From Hyphochytrium catenoides (Eukaryota; Protista; Hyphochytriomycota), in assembly GCA_900088475.1 (NCBI GenBank), contig FLMG01001070.1, positions 90,276-154,275 of the forward strand: a stretch of 64,000 nt of DNA, read 5' to 3'. The position numbers and the translations under genes are program-made. The notes below the pieces were generated by a model that ran no database searches, was not told the origin of the DNA, and saw nothing but the letters and a program-made list of their open reading frames with translations. This document shows positions 49,461 through 63,185 of the stretch, in pieces. Each line of letters starts with the position of its first letter. Positions within the stretch are counted from its first letter, which is position 1.

Positions 49461-52400
49461 ATGTTCTTATTCCGGCGTTTGACTGATCCTGCGCTCAAGC
49501 GGCTGTACAAGTTCGTGTTGAAGCGGCTCGTAGGGAGGTTTCTGCTTCATGAGCTAGATCTAGACCAACTCGACGTACAGCTAAGAGCAGGAAGTCTCGA
49601 GCTTCACGATCTTTCAATCAATGTCCAGACGTTGAACGATGAGTTAGGCGCAGTTGTCCCTTTCAGAGCTACGAGCGGTTACGTGGGGTGCGTCAAGATT
49701 GAGATCTCTTATGGAAATTTGCTGAAGGATAGCTGTAAGATTACTCTTGACGATGTCGAGATCGTCGTCGCCCCGTTCTCTCCGACAGAGGAAACGGACA
49801 AAGAAAAGAGCAAGGATCAAAAAGAGTTCGACGTTGGTAAGCTCGCCAATGATTGGTCTCTTCTGTAAGCTTTGTCTCTCCTTCTTACTCAGTCAACCGC
49901 AGGCCCAAACGTGGCTACGCAGGAGGCTGCGGACTTTGAGATTGATCCAAACTCCCAGGAGGGCCTGGACTTTGTAGCGGGTTGGATTGAGCAAGTATCC
50001 CAGAAGATAAAGGTAGTGCCTCATTAGCCACAGACATCTCCTCCGGACCTTCTTGCTCTAAGAATCTGAGACTCTTTTTTGTTGTGCTTCTGTCTGCACG
50101 AAGCTAAAGAAGGAAAAAGACTGTTATGGCGACATGTCTGCTGTTGGACGCTTGTCCACCTATGTCATGGAAGCCCCTCCGTTAACTCTGTCTTTTATCT
50201 GCTAATATCTCCCAATCTCTACTGGTCCTTTGCTTCGCATCCCCCTTCCGTTATCGCCGTGGCCGGCTGCCCAATCTCTGCTTCGTTATGGAACTTACCA
50301 GGGGTCAATCGCTCCATTGTTATGCAGGTATCTATCAACAATTTATCTGTAATCTTGGAAGATCCGTTGAACTCGGAAAATGCCTACGTTATCCTTCGAA
50401 CCCCGTTTGTTGAGCTCAGTGATCAGACGCTTGAAGAACCTCCTTCAAGGGACTCGTTGAATGGTGGCAGCATTAGCAGGAGTATGTTCAATCTTGGTAT
50501 AGTGCAGAAGGCGATCAGGTTACATGGCTTCTCTGTTGAGCTCCATCAGAGTAGGAGGAATGAGAGTGATTTGGACAGCACAAAGAATACTCTTGATGCT
50601 GAAAGAGTGGTTAAGATCATCTCCACAGCTCAAGATGAGCAGGCTTTGGTGCAGCTGAAGCTGTCTCAGTTCCAAGATAGAGCCATTCCAGATCTAGACG
50701 TTGATGTGTTCTTGCAATCGTTGCAGCTGACTATAGAACCTACCTCAGTGCGACAGCTTCATGCAATCATTCTCAGTTTCACTGAGGGGTCTACGCAATC
50801 AAAGGAAACAGCATACGCGCGACCAATCAGTGAACTAGGACGGTCTGAGCTCTTCACAGATGCACTGGAAGATGCCCAAGATAGTAGTCCACGAACCACT
50901 GGAGAGAACGACTGGGATCTAAGCGCCAAAGAGTTCCAGCGTATTGAGAGGCTTCTAAAGCAGTATGCGGAGGTCAGCCAAACATTAAAGAAGCACCAGG
51001 AGAGCGCCCGATTCAATAGCATCGTAGACTCTGTCTATCACGACTCCTATAGACCACAAGAGCCAAAGACACCTCAAGGGACCTCACACGATGTCAGTCT
51101 CTCGCACCTTGACAATATTGAAGAAGGGCTCTCGGACGCTGGCGACTTCTTTGATTTCGAGGAAGAAGATAGCGCTCAGGGGCACACTGAGGAGGAGGTA
51201 TCTCAAAGCTTCATGGGAACGTCAATGTATATGTCCGTGGCTGGTCCAACCCAAGGCGGAACATATCTCTCGCACATCATGACCCGAGTTAAGTTCCAGC
51301 TCGTACACTTGAAAGGTACCCTGCTTTACAAAGATCTGAGGTCCAAGCTCGGTGGCGGAGGGGAAAGTGCTCAAGATGAAGAGCGGCTGTCCCTATCATT
51401 GCACAACTTAACGGGGTCCTTAGTCGTGACTCCTCGGAATCAAAGCCTGCACTTGGGCTGCACTGGTATGGAGTTTGTTGAATACTTGCGTCCGGTCCTC
51501 ATACCTTCAGGATTTACGGGCCGTGACAGCCTTTTAAGGGTACCGCTCGTCATCTTTCTCGAAGAAAACGGGTCAAGTGGTGGAGCACCACGCGGAGACT
51601 GCCTCTCGGTTTCCGTTGGGGTGGATTACGAGCTCAGAGTTGACAATGTTGGGACTCGTGACGGGAGAACAAGAAGATTGTCAACAACTCCCTCCGAGCT
51701 GCTGCAGAAGCGTATTTCTATGCTGACGGTGGACGTCCATTCTCAGCCCTTCCAAGTAGATTTAGATCTAGCACTGCTCGGGAGACTGGAGAATTACCTG
51801 AACTACACTCCACCCAAAGGAAGAAATTATGCTTTGGAAGCTAGAGATACGGGCCAAATGGCAGCCAGTGCTACGCCTGAGATAAAGATGATGGTGACTT
51901 CGGACTCAGCGGGCTTGCTCCTCCGCTTTCCCCTGGTGTCCTTTGACAGGTCACGGGCCTCGCTTCCGAGTGGCCCACTCGGCTCCCGCGGCCTTTGTGA
52001 GGACACGCTGAAGGTCTCTGTACGGGGTCTTGTCGCGACTTCATCAACCGTTAGAGAACGTACGGACGCAAATGGTTCTCGAACTTGTCCTACTCAGTCT
52101 ACCTCCCCTTTGAACAAATGGACGCTAGCTTATGAACAAATTGCGGTCCATCTTTTGTATCCGGATCTTTCTGGAGATCAGTCGGGAGTTAAAGAGGATG
52201 ATGGGCTAGTGGGCAAGGAGATTGCTAGAACGGCCACAACCGCCGGAGGGAATGCTGGTTACATACGATTGGAAGTCAAGGATCCGGCGCCATTTTTAAA
52301 GGAGGTAGATCCCTTTCCCAGCAAGCTTCAGCCTCTTCCGTGGAGCAGGAATAGGGTTCGGACAGGTGAAAGTAGAGCCAAGGAAACCCACTTTGATCGA

Positions 52401-55400
52401 GAAGAGGGGTCGAAGTCCAACATTCGCCTTGATAACGTTGAACATTATGAGTACTCTTCTGAACTGCAGAGGCTTGCATATCGTTCCTCTCAAACCCATG
52501 TCGAAGTAGCATTGGATTCTCTCTCAATCTGGCTAGACAAGGCGGACCTGGAGAGGGTGTCATTTCTTTTCTCTGTTCTATCCACGGTACAGGAATTACG
52601 ACAGCCCACGCCGACGGTGCCAGAAGGAACAAGAGCCCCCACGTTCATGAGCCTGAAACTCTCATGCAGAGAAGGTTCTGCTTCCTTCTATGATCACGTA
52701 AAGAACAAAGGACAGCGTCAGCCGGGAGGTTGGACAAAGATTTGCTTCGAGCAGTTGTCTCTATTTCAAATCTCACAGTGGCTAGGTTCCTTAGTATCCC
52801 ATATCCAGATCGCAGCAGAAGATGTCTCTCTTCTGGAGTATGAGAAGGACTCACCGCTCTCCTCATCTTCCCCGCCTGTCTTATTTGAGGAGAATGGCTT
52901 CGTGGGCAAGCCAGTGCTCTATAAGACCTATTGGAGTGAGCCCATGCTGTGCACTCCTGCAGGCCAGAAGCTTCCTCTGATGCTCTTGACTGTAGAAATA
53001 GACGACTCAAAGCCCGCGGCGCGGGATGTGACAGCCATCATGGGCTTTAACAGTCTCTCCTTACGTTATGATATTTATTCGCTGTGGCTGAATAAGCTCT
53101 TAGACTTCTTCGTTATAGAGAGCCAGCCCACAGCCACAGGCTACTATGCCCAGTTTCCCTTCTCTCAAACCACTCCTCAGTGTTTGATCTCTCTCCCTCC
53201 TACGTCAACCACATACCTGTGCAGCCCTATGGAGCTCCCCCTGAAGACCGTCTTCACCAAGCTTTACGTCACAGTAAACGACGCCGCAATCGACTACAAT
53301 CCCACAACTCTACCCTCCAGAATAGTCCTCGGCACAAACTTTATCCGGGTGACGGCGAATTTGGTGTCTGGCGCCAGTATTCAGGGCTTTAAGGTCTCTG
53401 TCGGGGACAGCACCCTATTTATTACTGACAGAGGCCAGCCCTACACCAAGGTAGCATTCTTGCCAGTCGTCTGCCGGAAGCCTTTCTGGACCTGACCTTG
53501 TTCTGTTTACTCGTTCAGTTGTTAAGGCTCTTAAGCTTCTCTCTGTTTACTCGTTCAGTTGTTAAGGCTCTTAAGCTTCACGCCGCCCCTCCGCACTGTT
53601 CGTTTTAAGGGTCCCTTTTCTGCTGCTTTCAGTTGACCTCTTCCAACCACCTCTTAAATCCTGCTTGCGCTAAGGTGAACTTACTCCTAATGCACCGGCA
53701 CCACTTCTTTCGCCACGTCCATGTAGGAGGATCGAGTCCTGTGTGGTGGCACACACGCTGAGTATCGGAAGTCGTTTCTGGAAGACCTCGGGCGCTTCAC
53801 CTCGTTGCAGATGTACCTGGAGCAGCAGGGATACATCCAGATATGTACATTGGACTTCCTTGACATATTTATTCGGAGTAAGACCGTTCCGCTCTCTGCC
53901 TCCGTTGAAGAACCGGTGCTGGCCTCTACCTTTACTAAGGGAACTGAAGAAGGACTGGCAGAAAAGGAGATACAAAAGAGCAAGAAACTGTTGGCCAGTC
54001 CTCCAGATGTCGCGGTGGAGCTTTCCCTAGGAACCCTGAACCTTTACACCTGCTTTGATTCCTGCGCTGTACTATTGGCGATGGTATCTGATGCCTCAGA
54101 GAAGTTCTCTTCGCTGTCAGAGTCACAGCTCCCAGCCTATGACTATGTTGGAGTGGGCGTGACCCATGCGGTACCTATAGGAACTGATGTTGGTCTGTCA
54201 AGGGACGAACAGAAGACTGCAATGGGCTCTATCGCGGGCTCTGTGCACGCTGGTACTCCTTCCCTGTCGATTCTGGAAAGCTTGGACACCAACGCATTCG
54301 AGGGACTGCCACCTTCAGTTACGAATCCTTTAGCAGTTGCAGTCCCAGTTCCACAGTCGCCGGCTAGAGTTGAGGCTCGGGCTTCTCCGCCAAGGCCATC
54401 AGGACCCCTCGCCAATATTGCTGATGACTCTTTAAGTGCCTCGGAGCTAAGGGCGAAGTATGGAGGAGAGAGGCCTACGATCAATGTCAGTGATGTTCTC
54501 ATTGAAGACTATTACACGATGCTGCCAGGCACAGCTGTGGGGGTTTCTGAACAGCAGGATAGCCCCCATCAGCACAATAGAGATTTCACCGAAGGCGGAG
54601 ACGAAGGAGTGGCACGGTGGATTACTGACCCTTACCAGCTCGGCAGCTCCACAGACAAGGTTTGACGTCTACACCGCGTCTGCTCCTTTATCCCTTCGCT
54701 TGCTTGGACTTGATTTTTTCGGTAACCATTTTGGTGCTGTGGAGCCACCATCTCCCTTCTAGTATTTGGACTTAGGAACTGCCTTCCACAGTCCTGGCTG
54801 CTCATGCTTATCGCTTTTCCAAACTCAGTCCCTTTTAGATTGTGGAGACTTCTGCCCTTCGCTAATATGTATAGCCATATTTGCTTGGACTTGGAGTAGT
54901 CGCACTAATATCTGTGTCCCCTCTGCAGTTTGCTGCTTTTGAGCCTCTGGACTCAGATGGATCTGAAGATCTCTCAAGAGATGAGACTGCAGACCTGCTA
55001 GAGCGGACTGCCCAGGAGGAGATGAAGCTAGACGAGACTGATACGCTCCCTGACTTCTTACCCTCACTCGCAGCCTTCAACGCTAAAGCTGGAGCTGGGG
55101 GGCAAGGGGAATATGAGCTGAGTGATCTGAGAGCAGCAGCGATGTCAGAATCAGGCGAGAAGTCTTTGCTTGACATTGACATAGACAGAGATAGGAGAGA
55201 GGGAGGTCAGGACTATGGCTCAGTGTCGATGCTTATCGACGAGGGTGAGGCCTCCGGAACCGAAGTCCAACTAGACTTTGCCCTTGACTCGGAGCTTACC
55301 CGTGAGCTGAACAAGATGCTGGACAGAATGGAGCCAGGAACGAAGCACAACGTCGGTGGGGTTCAGAAACGAGAAGAGGATGACATAGGTAAGCCAGTCA

Positions 55401-58400
55401 AGAAGGACGAAAAGAGGCAGGATGAAGTTGACAGGACAAGGGATATGGACTTCTGGCAGAAGGATGATTTAGGATCGTCAGAGCCTTCTGGTGAGTTTGT
55501 CTAGACGTTCTTATAAGTTCTTATATACTATCTTCTTATATACTGGGGTGAAGCTCTTTCTATCCCCGTCGATTAAGGAGGCTACTCTACCTTCTTTGAC
55601 CCTAATGACCGGTTGGTAACAATGTGAAGTCAGGTTGCATTTTTGCCCTTGATGTCACCCTCAACGTCACTTTCCGATGCTCAGATGTGATATACTTTCT
55701 TGCCTTATTGTCAACATGGTCTACTAACACCAACCCTCGCTTCAGCTCGATGGTATCAGACGGCCGCTGAAGCGGCTACTTCTTCGTCAGAGACCCGTCC
55801 TCTACGGATCTACCCTCACCATATCCAGATTCCACCGGCAGGGGCGGCCTCAGCCCTCTCCTTTGGTGAAAGAGAATTCGAGAGTGCTGTCAAATCAACA
55901 AAAGGGTAAGTGATGATGGTGGACCGGAATCTGCCGGTGCTCACCAAAAGGACAGAAACTAGGGAACATATAAGCTCATGCAAGTAAAGACTGTTTGAAG
56001 TAGGGGATGGAGGATCTATAGAAAGTCAATCACACAGAGAGGCAAAGGAGGGACGTAGTAGAGGATGGAAGGACGGCACTGACCTTTTGTATAGGACTCA
56101 AGCCCCTCGGATACAGCTGCACCTCTTGCTCCGGAACCTGAATGTACGATGGAAACTCTTCGCAGGAAATGACTTCAACCACGCGCCAGAGGAGGAGAAA
56201 AGAGAACAAATCCCGACAATGGCAGAACAACTTCAAAAGAGCCTTCCTAAGACAGCCGCGAAGAAAGACCGGAAATCCCTTCTGCTAGACACGCTTCTCG
56301 ATAACTACGTCGCGCAGGATATCTCGGGAGCCGTCGGGGCAGAGGACAGCATGTCCGTGACAGGAGATGCTATGAGCCAATCAATTATGGTTAACCGCAT
56401 AGGAGACCAAGAGCCCCACCTGATGCGGGTGCAATCACGTAAGCCGAGCTTCACTGACGCAAAAAAGCGTCAGAGTGTTGGCAGGAAAACGGAGCAAATG
56501 ATAGAGATCCTTCTCCAGCAGGTCCAGGTAGGGTTGCATAGGATCACTCTTCTCGTTTATGGCATATCTGCAGTATCTTTATGAGCAGTCTGTGGCCAGG
56601 ACTACCCCCCGATATGGCACGGCTGTCGAACTAGCTGCTCGTTCCATTCGGCGTATCTGCGAACAACTGCACGACTATCCGCACGACTACCCCTGACTAC
56701 CTTTATTTCTGTTGCGTTTCTGCCGTCTCGTGCTTATACTGGTTATTGCTGTCTGATGCGCGCTTTGACAATCCATAGGCACGACTAGATGTCTGCTATA
56801 GGGACGTGGACCACCAGCTGAACCTTGTCCTGACGCTAGGGGTAAGGGATTTTGGTGTTCTCGATTGTATATCTACCTCTATGATCAGGAGAATGCTTTC
56901 CTACTGGAAGAGCGAGACCAAGCATCCCCGAGAAGAGGAGAAGCAGATGCTTCTTCTTGGGCTTCTCTCCGTTCGACCAGGACCGAACTTAGCGGATGAG
57001 TTTAGGCTGAAGGTGCAGCTCCTGCCCTTGAGGATCAACCTGGATCAGAATGCCATACAATTCCTCAGGAGTTTCTTCCCAGCTCCACGAGCCCAGGGTA
57101 CAACGGGAACAGCAGACGATGGGAGTAAGGCAGGGCCTTTAGGAGGAATCGAAGTAGGAGAAGACGCGCACGCCAAGAGAAGAAGGGAGTCCTCCGCTGA
57201 TGCTCCGTCCGCTTACTTGTTCTTTCAGTCCGTCGATGTGAAAGCCATCAAGATCAAGATTGACTATCAGCCAGAGGTAAGAGGAGAGAAGAAGGAAGAG
57301 AGATGCAACACTGGCCGTGGTGAATGACTCCTGGGAAAAGCACTTGGCCGTCTTTTTGAGGCTTGCAACCTATTAACCCCTTTTTCTAACGATGTGGTCG
57401 GAACCTACCTGTTTGGATTCTTACAATGCACCTTGGCTGACCGGCTTTGCTTCCCTTCGGTCTTTCCAGAGCGTGGATTTTGGCGCCCTTAGAGCAGGCG
57501 ACTATCTGGAGCTCCTGAACCTCTTTCCTCTTGAGGGCATGGAGCTTGTGCTTAAAGCTGTGTCCCTCTCGGGGGTGGATGGATTGGCGGGGCTGGGAGA
57601 AGCTGTGGGGCTCTCCTGGGTAAATGATATTGCCAGGAGACAGATTCACAAGTGTCTGGCCAGTGTCAGCATGCCACCCGTGAGGGCAATGTCAAATATT
57701 GGCGCAGGGGCGGCTGACCTTATCCTCTTGGTAGGTTGAGAGTATATGATGATGGACCATGTAAACGTCGTCGCCTCTTTCATTCCGGACTTGCTAGCTG
57801 TGTCCTTCTCGTTGGCTGCTACGGTCCCGTTACTGCTGGACTCTTTGCGGTCGTCAAACCAATGTGCGACATTTGGATGCTCCTTTTGGCCGTTTATTGA
57901 TGTTCCTAGCATTACGCATCTACTCCATTCGGATGAACGGGCACTAAGCTGTGTATATATGCAACTCTTTCTCTCTTACTAGCCGATGGAGCAGTATTCC
58001 AAGGACCGGAGGATTGTGAAGGGTCTCGCTCGAGGCGCCAAGTCGTTCCTGAAGAACATCACTGTGGAGACGCTAAACACAGCTACCAAGGTCTCCCATA
58101 CCATCTGCAGGCGCTCTCTAGCCGACTTCCTTTAACTCTCTCGTCCTCTACTTACCTTCATCACACCTCTGCAACAGCACTTAGCTGCCAGCAGTTGTTC
58201 TCCGTAGTATTCCGCCAGGACTACAATTTCCATGATTCATTGGCTCTTTACACCGTCCTAACCGTTCTTTCCCGTTTATGTCGGGGCGCTGCTTCTCTTA
58301 TGTCTTGTTTGTCTGCGCGTAGGTGTCACAAGTCACCCAGACGCTTCTGCAGCACGCGGAAGACATTGTTTCTGGAGATTCCTCCGCTTCTTCGAAACGG

Positions 58401-58730
58401 AATCGGCATAAGCGGCACAGCAGGCGATCTCGTGCTATAGAGCAGCCAGCCAATGTGTCTCAAGGCTTCTCTCAGGCCTACGATTCTCTCTCCAAAGGCG
58501 TGCAAAGTGCTGCTCACACTATAGTAGCAGTACCCATAGTAGAGTATCGAAGAACGGGGACAGGCGGCTATGTGAAGTCAGTCATAAGGGCTGTCCCTAT
58601 AGCAGTAATTCGCCCCATGATAGGCGCTAGTGAAGCTCTCTCCACTGCCATCACCGGGCTCAGAAACGTTCTGGATCCAGAGGCCAAAGAGGACATGATG
58701 AACAAGTACAAATCTAAGCGGAAAGGTTGA
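49461..58730 (+). CDS. ATG2: Autophagy-related lipid-transfer protein 2
   Basis: Chorein-N start KRLYKFVLKRLVGRFLLHELDLDQLDVQL, LLPLRINLDQNAIQFL, IKIDYQP, ELLNLFPLEG and ATG_C end QPANVSQGFSQAYDSL...RAVPIAVIRPMIGASEA...GLRNVLDP..KYK. Multiple GT-AG exons. Confidence 0.93.
53502..53579. repeat. Perfect 38-bp direct duplication (period 40) in an ATG2 intron
   Basis: tctgtttactcgttcagttgttaaggctcttaagcttc at 53502-53539 and 53542-53579. Confidence 0.95.
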
Positions 58731-59285
58731 GGCATCAAAGGCGCCAGAAGTCTGGAACTCAGACTTCCGCCGCTAATGTGAGAGAGGAGATAGCAGGAGA
58801 CGGAAAGATAAGCTCGCATTATGAAAATAGATCTTAAGCAGTTTATAAAGATCGATCAAACTGTATGAGACTGGTCCAACGCCCATGGGGACAAGAGCTC
58901 AAAAAATGGCAGTGTATTCTCATTAGCCTCCGTAGCTCAGAAAAGAATGGCTGAGGCTTTCTACAGGTTTGACGACTCTCCAGCTACTGCACACATTGTC
59001 CGTAATAGACGGCCTATGATGACAGTGTGCGCCACGTAAGTATCTCCCGGGCCACATAGGTAGAAACAGCTTTTGGCCCAACTCATTTATAGGATGAGAA
59101 AGTTGACAGAAGCTAAAGAGCCAGAAAGAGCTGTAAGAATGTGAGAGAGCCACGCTCCGGTGATGAAGCCTAGCTGCCAAAAAGTAAGGAAAGACTGGAA
59201 CCGGAGGCTTTTCAGAGACGAAGATCGTAAGAGTGGATAGTAGAGAGATACGGAAAGACGACAGAAGAACAATATAGTGAAGCCT

Positions 59286-62111
59286 CTATCTCAGACCCAG
59301 CCGAGACTTTCCTCGCGTTGCCTCTGATCGCAGAGAGCTGTCTGCTACTGCTAGAGATTGTGCGGAAGGGCCCTTCGTTGCCATTCCTCTTCCTACTTCT
59401 TCACCCTTTTTCATCATCCTTTCTCTCTTCTGTCTAGCTCTCCTCAGCAAAGTCTGTCCTTCTTTAATTCGCTCTTCCGTTGCAGGATCCCCCATTCTGC
59501 CGTCATCGTAGACCTCAAATCCAAGCATGTTCAGGATCTTGGTATACCAGTTAAGAAGAGTGATAACACATAAAATGAACATGAAAATAGGGGCGTAGAC
59601 GTTGAACGACGTGCCGAAGAGAGGGATAAGGTCCATCCTGCTCATTAGCTGGAGGAGAGCGGTATGCTGAGTGTCCGACCTTCTGTTTAGTACAAGCAAG
59701 AAGTTGTACCCGATCGAGAACTGCAGGCGCGACTGGTAGATGCAGTTCACTAGGAGAGAGACCGCGTCGCTCTGCTGGGGCCCTTGAAGCTGGAACTTTC
59801 CAAACATTTTGAACTGAAACAGGCTTGTGTATGTGCAGACGCACATGTAAGAGAGAACACCGAGAGAGAGAAGTTGCACTGTTGAAGAGTGGTCTCTCAG
59901 CTCGTCCAAGAGCTCCCCGAGCGGACTCATCTGAAGATGAGAGCTCATTGTGACCTCGCTCCAAACCAGCAAAAGCGAAAGACCGGCACAAAGTGCAGCA
60001 AGACAGCGCCAGATGTAAGGCATGAACAGGACTTTGAACTTCCAAACAATAACATTAAAGGTGCCGTCAACCGTAGAAAATAGGCTTGGCAGTGGGGAAG
60101 TCGCACGTGGCTTAAGTGCGGGAGGAGAAGAGCCTTGAGTGAGGCTTTCCAGATCTTCCACATCCGCCAGAAGGGTCTGCCACAGCTGCTCTGATCGCTC
60201 TCTAAAGACCAACGCGGCCTTCAGCCGGCGGTGCAAGTCAACCACATCTTGGTGCGTAACGTCTTGGTCAATTTTCACGGATAGATCTTCAGATTGGACT
60301 GAAGATCTGCACGAGGAGAGAGAGTTAGACTTTGACCAGAACAAGCTCTTTGAAGAAAACAAGACAGCTGGACATCGAGAGGCAAGCCTATCTTTGAATG
60401 GGTGGCGGGGATATGAGGCATGGCATAGACTCATTTACCCCACGGGGGAAGTACAAACGGATGGGGGAAGGTGACCGAAAATGCAATCAACTGGAACAAG
60501 CTCACAAGCCCAGATGGCAGGACAACTCTTTGCTTTTTACCTTCTTGTTGACCCTGTAAGTAGACTTTTAGTTTCCTCTGTCATCGCTCCCTCAGCCTGG
60601 GAGATCACGGTCATCAAATTAGCCATCAGTGTCTGGCGCACTTCTTCCCTACTAGAGTTCTTGCTCAGCCTCTTCTCCATGGCCTGTGCACCTCTCAGTG
60701 TGTCGTCTAGAGAGAAATATGCCTGGTAAACGTCGTTGTCTACATCCACCGCGCGGAAGTAGACGCGCCGTAGCGAATTCTCGTAAGACGAAAGGCGCCA
60801 CAGGCGGCGGGGAACGTCAACAAGCCCATATCCCAACATTGCGATCATCAGCATCAAACCTGAAGAGTAGGAAGAAGGATCACTAAGGCCTCCCGCAAGA
60901 AGCTGAAGCAGAGAAGGAGATAGATAAAGGCAGATTTATGAGGAGAGTGGGCGCAGATGGTCTTTCACACGCGAGAGACCCACAGCATAGTGAAAGCGAA
61001 AGGGTGAAAAGCGCGAGACAGAAGTATTCAAGAATCAGAACAAAGAAAAGAAATTGAACGCTAAGCCGGTGTGGAGCCAGCCCTTATTATCAAGGGTATT
61101 GTACATAGAAGTGTATGCTGAGGGAAAGAGCGGCGGCATCTGCAGAGGACAGGCTGCGAATTCATAGAAGGGAAGTAATAAGGAGAAGGGATCTGGCGGA
61201 TCTAAGGGAGACTTTGATGGCAAAAGAGTGAACTGTCCCAAAGAGGAAATGCTTTGAAGAGAGAAGAAGAGGGATAGAGCTTAGCAGTCCTACCATAAGT
61301 GTTGCCCGCAGCCATCAACAGACTAGTGAGTGACATTAGACTGACTCTCTGCACAAAGATCAAGTAGATCAACCCCACAATGCCCGCCGCTGCCATCAGC
61401 ACCTTGCTCCGTACAAAGTTGCGCACCGAAGCTTTCAGCTTTGTAACAGGAGCGAACTCTCCAGACGCACAGTATTCACTGGACACAGGGAGAGCCGTCC
61501 AGGTCAGGATGAAGGTGGTCCAGTAGACGACCTTCCAGGCCGTGACCATGGTCTGGTCTGGGATCTCAACGGAAAAGGCGATAGAGACATCCAAAGGAAG
61601 GAGGAGGACCCCTAAAACATAAGCAGCATGTCCGTTAGATTGAGAGAGAGACATAGAGAGAGAGAAGAGAGAGAGAAGCAAACTAGCGAAAGTAAGGAAG
61701 AGCAAGACGCCTCGCCCGAGCCGTCAACAAGCTACTGAGGCGCAAGACGTACACATCGCATCCCGAAAGAAGATCAAGTCAGGAAGGAAACAAGACATGG
61801 ATAGGCAGGGAAGAAAGAGGACAGCCTGGTCCTCCATCAACGAGAAGAAGACAGGGGATGAGACCTATGAAGGGAGAGAGAATGTACTGACCAGTGAAGC
61901 CAAAGAACCATGTGAGGACCACGAGGGCGCTCACGAAGTGCGGAGTGGTGCGCGGGTTCCGAAAGTAATAGACTAGAATAGCAGTTAGAAGGAAGAGGAT
62001 GACAGCCTCAGCAATGACACCCGAGCTCTGAGCCCAGAGATCCACCTGCGGAGCCGGAGCCGCGGTGGCCGCCGTCGATGGCGCCGAACTTGCTGCTTCC
62101 TCAGCACTCAT
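59286..62111 (-). CDS. LMBRD2: LMBR1-family multipass membrane protein, LMBRD2-like
   Basis: Four exons: TWFFGFT | GVLLLPLDVS, WKVVYWTTFILTW..LP...Y..SGEF, LMAAGNTYG | L...LGYGLVDVPRRLW, CTYTSLF, LQFSIGYNFL, FNVYAPIFM. Confidence 0.9.
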
Positions 62112-62249
62112 CTTCTTTCTCTCCCACCTTAATGTCTCTTTATCTTTTCCCTCCTCCAACTGCTCGCTGCCAAGGTGATGAACAAAGCTTTCTCGAGAAT
62201 ACGCCAGCGGGGATGCTAAGTGGACGACACCGTGTCTTATGGTCGGCTC

Positions 62250-62760
62250 TCCCTTCTCTATCTCTTCTTTCTGTCTCTCTTCTCTCTCTCTCTCTCTCGT
62301 CCTCCTGCGTGCGTTGCTGCCGATGGGACTTTCTGGGGAGAATGATCGGAGGAAGCAACGAACTGTCTGCCTCGTGCACTTTCTGGCGAGACAACGGATG
62401 AGCAACCGTACTTTCCTTTCTATGCGAGCAAAGGGACAGAGAGGACATGCAGGAAGGCGCACAAGAGACAGAGACAGACAGACAGAGAAACAGAGAGACA
62501 AATAGAGAGAGAGACACAGAGAGAGAGAGGGGACAGAGGAAGAGAGACAGAGAGGCAGACAGAGAGGCACAGAGACAGAGAAAAGAAGAAGAGGAAGGTG
62601 GGAGGGAGACACGCATGAGGAAGACAAAAAGAGAGAATGGCAGATATCGTCAGTGCGAAGATTATCCCAACGAACTACACAGACAGAGTGACAAGAGAGA
62701 GAAGAGGACGGAAGGTGAGAAGAGAAGACGTTCACGGGAAAGACACAGAGAGAAGTTAGA
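62250..62760. repeat. CT-rich then GA-rich low-complexity tracts upstream of the LMBRD2-like gene
   Basis: Seen directly: (CT)n near 62270-62300 and GA/GACA-rich sequence near 62460-62720. Confidence 0.8.
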
Positions 62761-63185
62761 TATCAAGTCTGCGAGTGTTACTAAGGGGAGCTACAGAGAC
62801 AGAGCGAGAGGAGAGAGGACAAACACCAAAGAAGGAACAGAAACGGACTTCATGGTGATATGCCCCAGAACTCCCCCGCGCCTTTTTCCTTCAGAAAGAA
62901 AGAAAAGGTGCCAACTGAAAGGGCAGCAGGCAGAGAAATAGACAAAGAGACCGTACAGTGCTGCTGATGAGTCCGAGAGGAAACATTGTGGGAGCCGCGG
63001 TATTTGTGCGTCTTTTCACTGTTCTCTTGGTGCTCTCTCTCTTTCCCCTGTCGTCGCCGAGTCTTCCTTGTCTGTACCGTGCAACTGGAATGGCCTTAAC
63101 TGGGTCTGAACCCTCAGAGAGCATGTGCCCGATCAGTGACATTCTGTTGGCGTAACCCCGATAGCGGCTGGTGAGAGGGTGGGAG

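Noticed and set aside
7524-58730. ATG101 + ATG2 (+ Sec8) as an autophagy gene cluster
   Set aside because: They are about 41 kb apart and separated by unrelated genes. Chance co-location is sufficient.
61779-62735. 318-aa ORF as an N-terminal extension of LMBRD2, and similar ORFs at 5188-5797 and 18776-19642
   Set aside because: They stay open only because of stop-poor CT/GA low-complexity sequence and show no protein-family signal.
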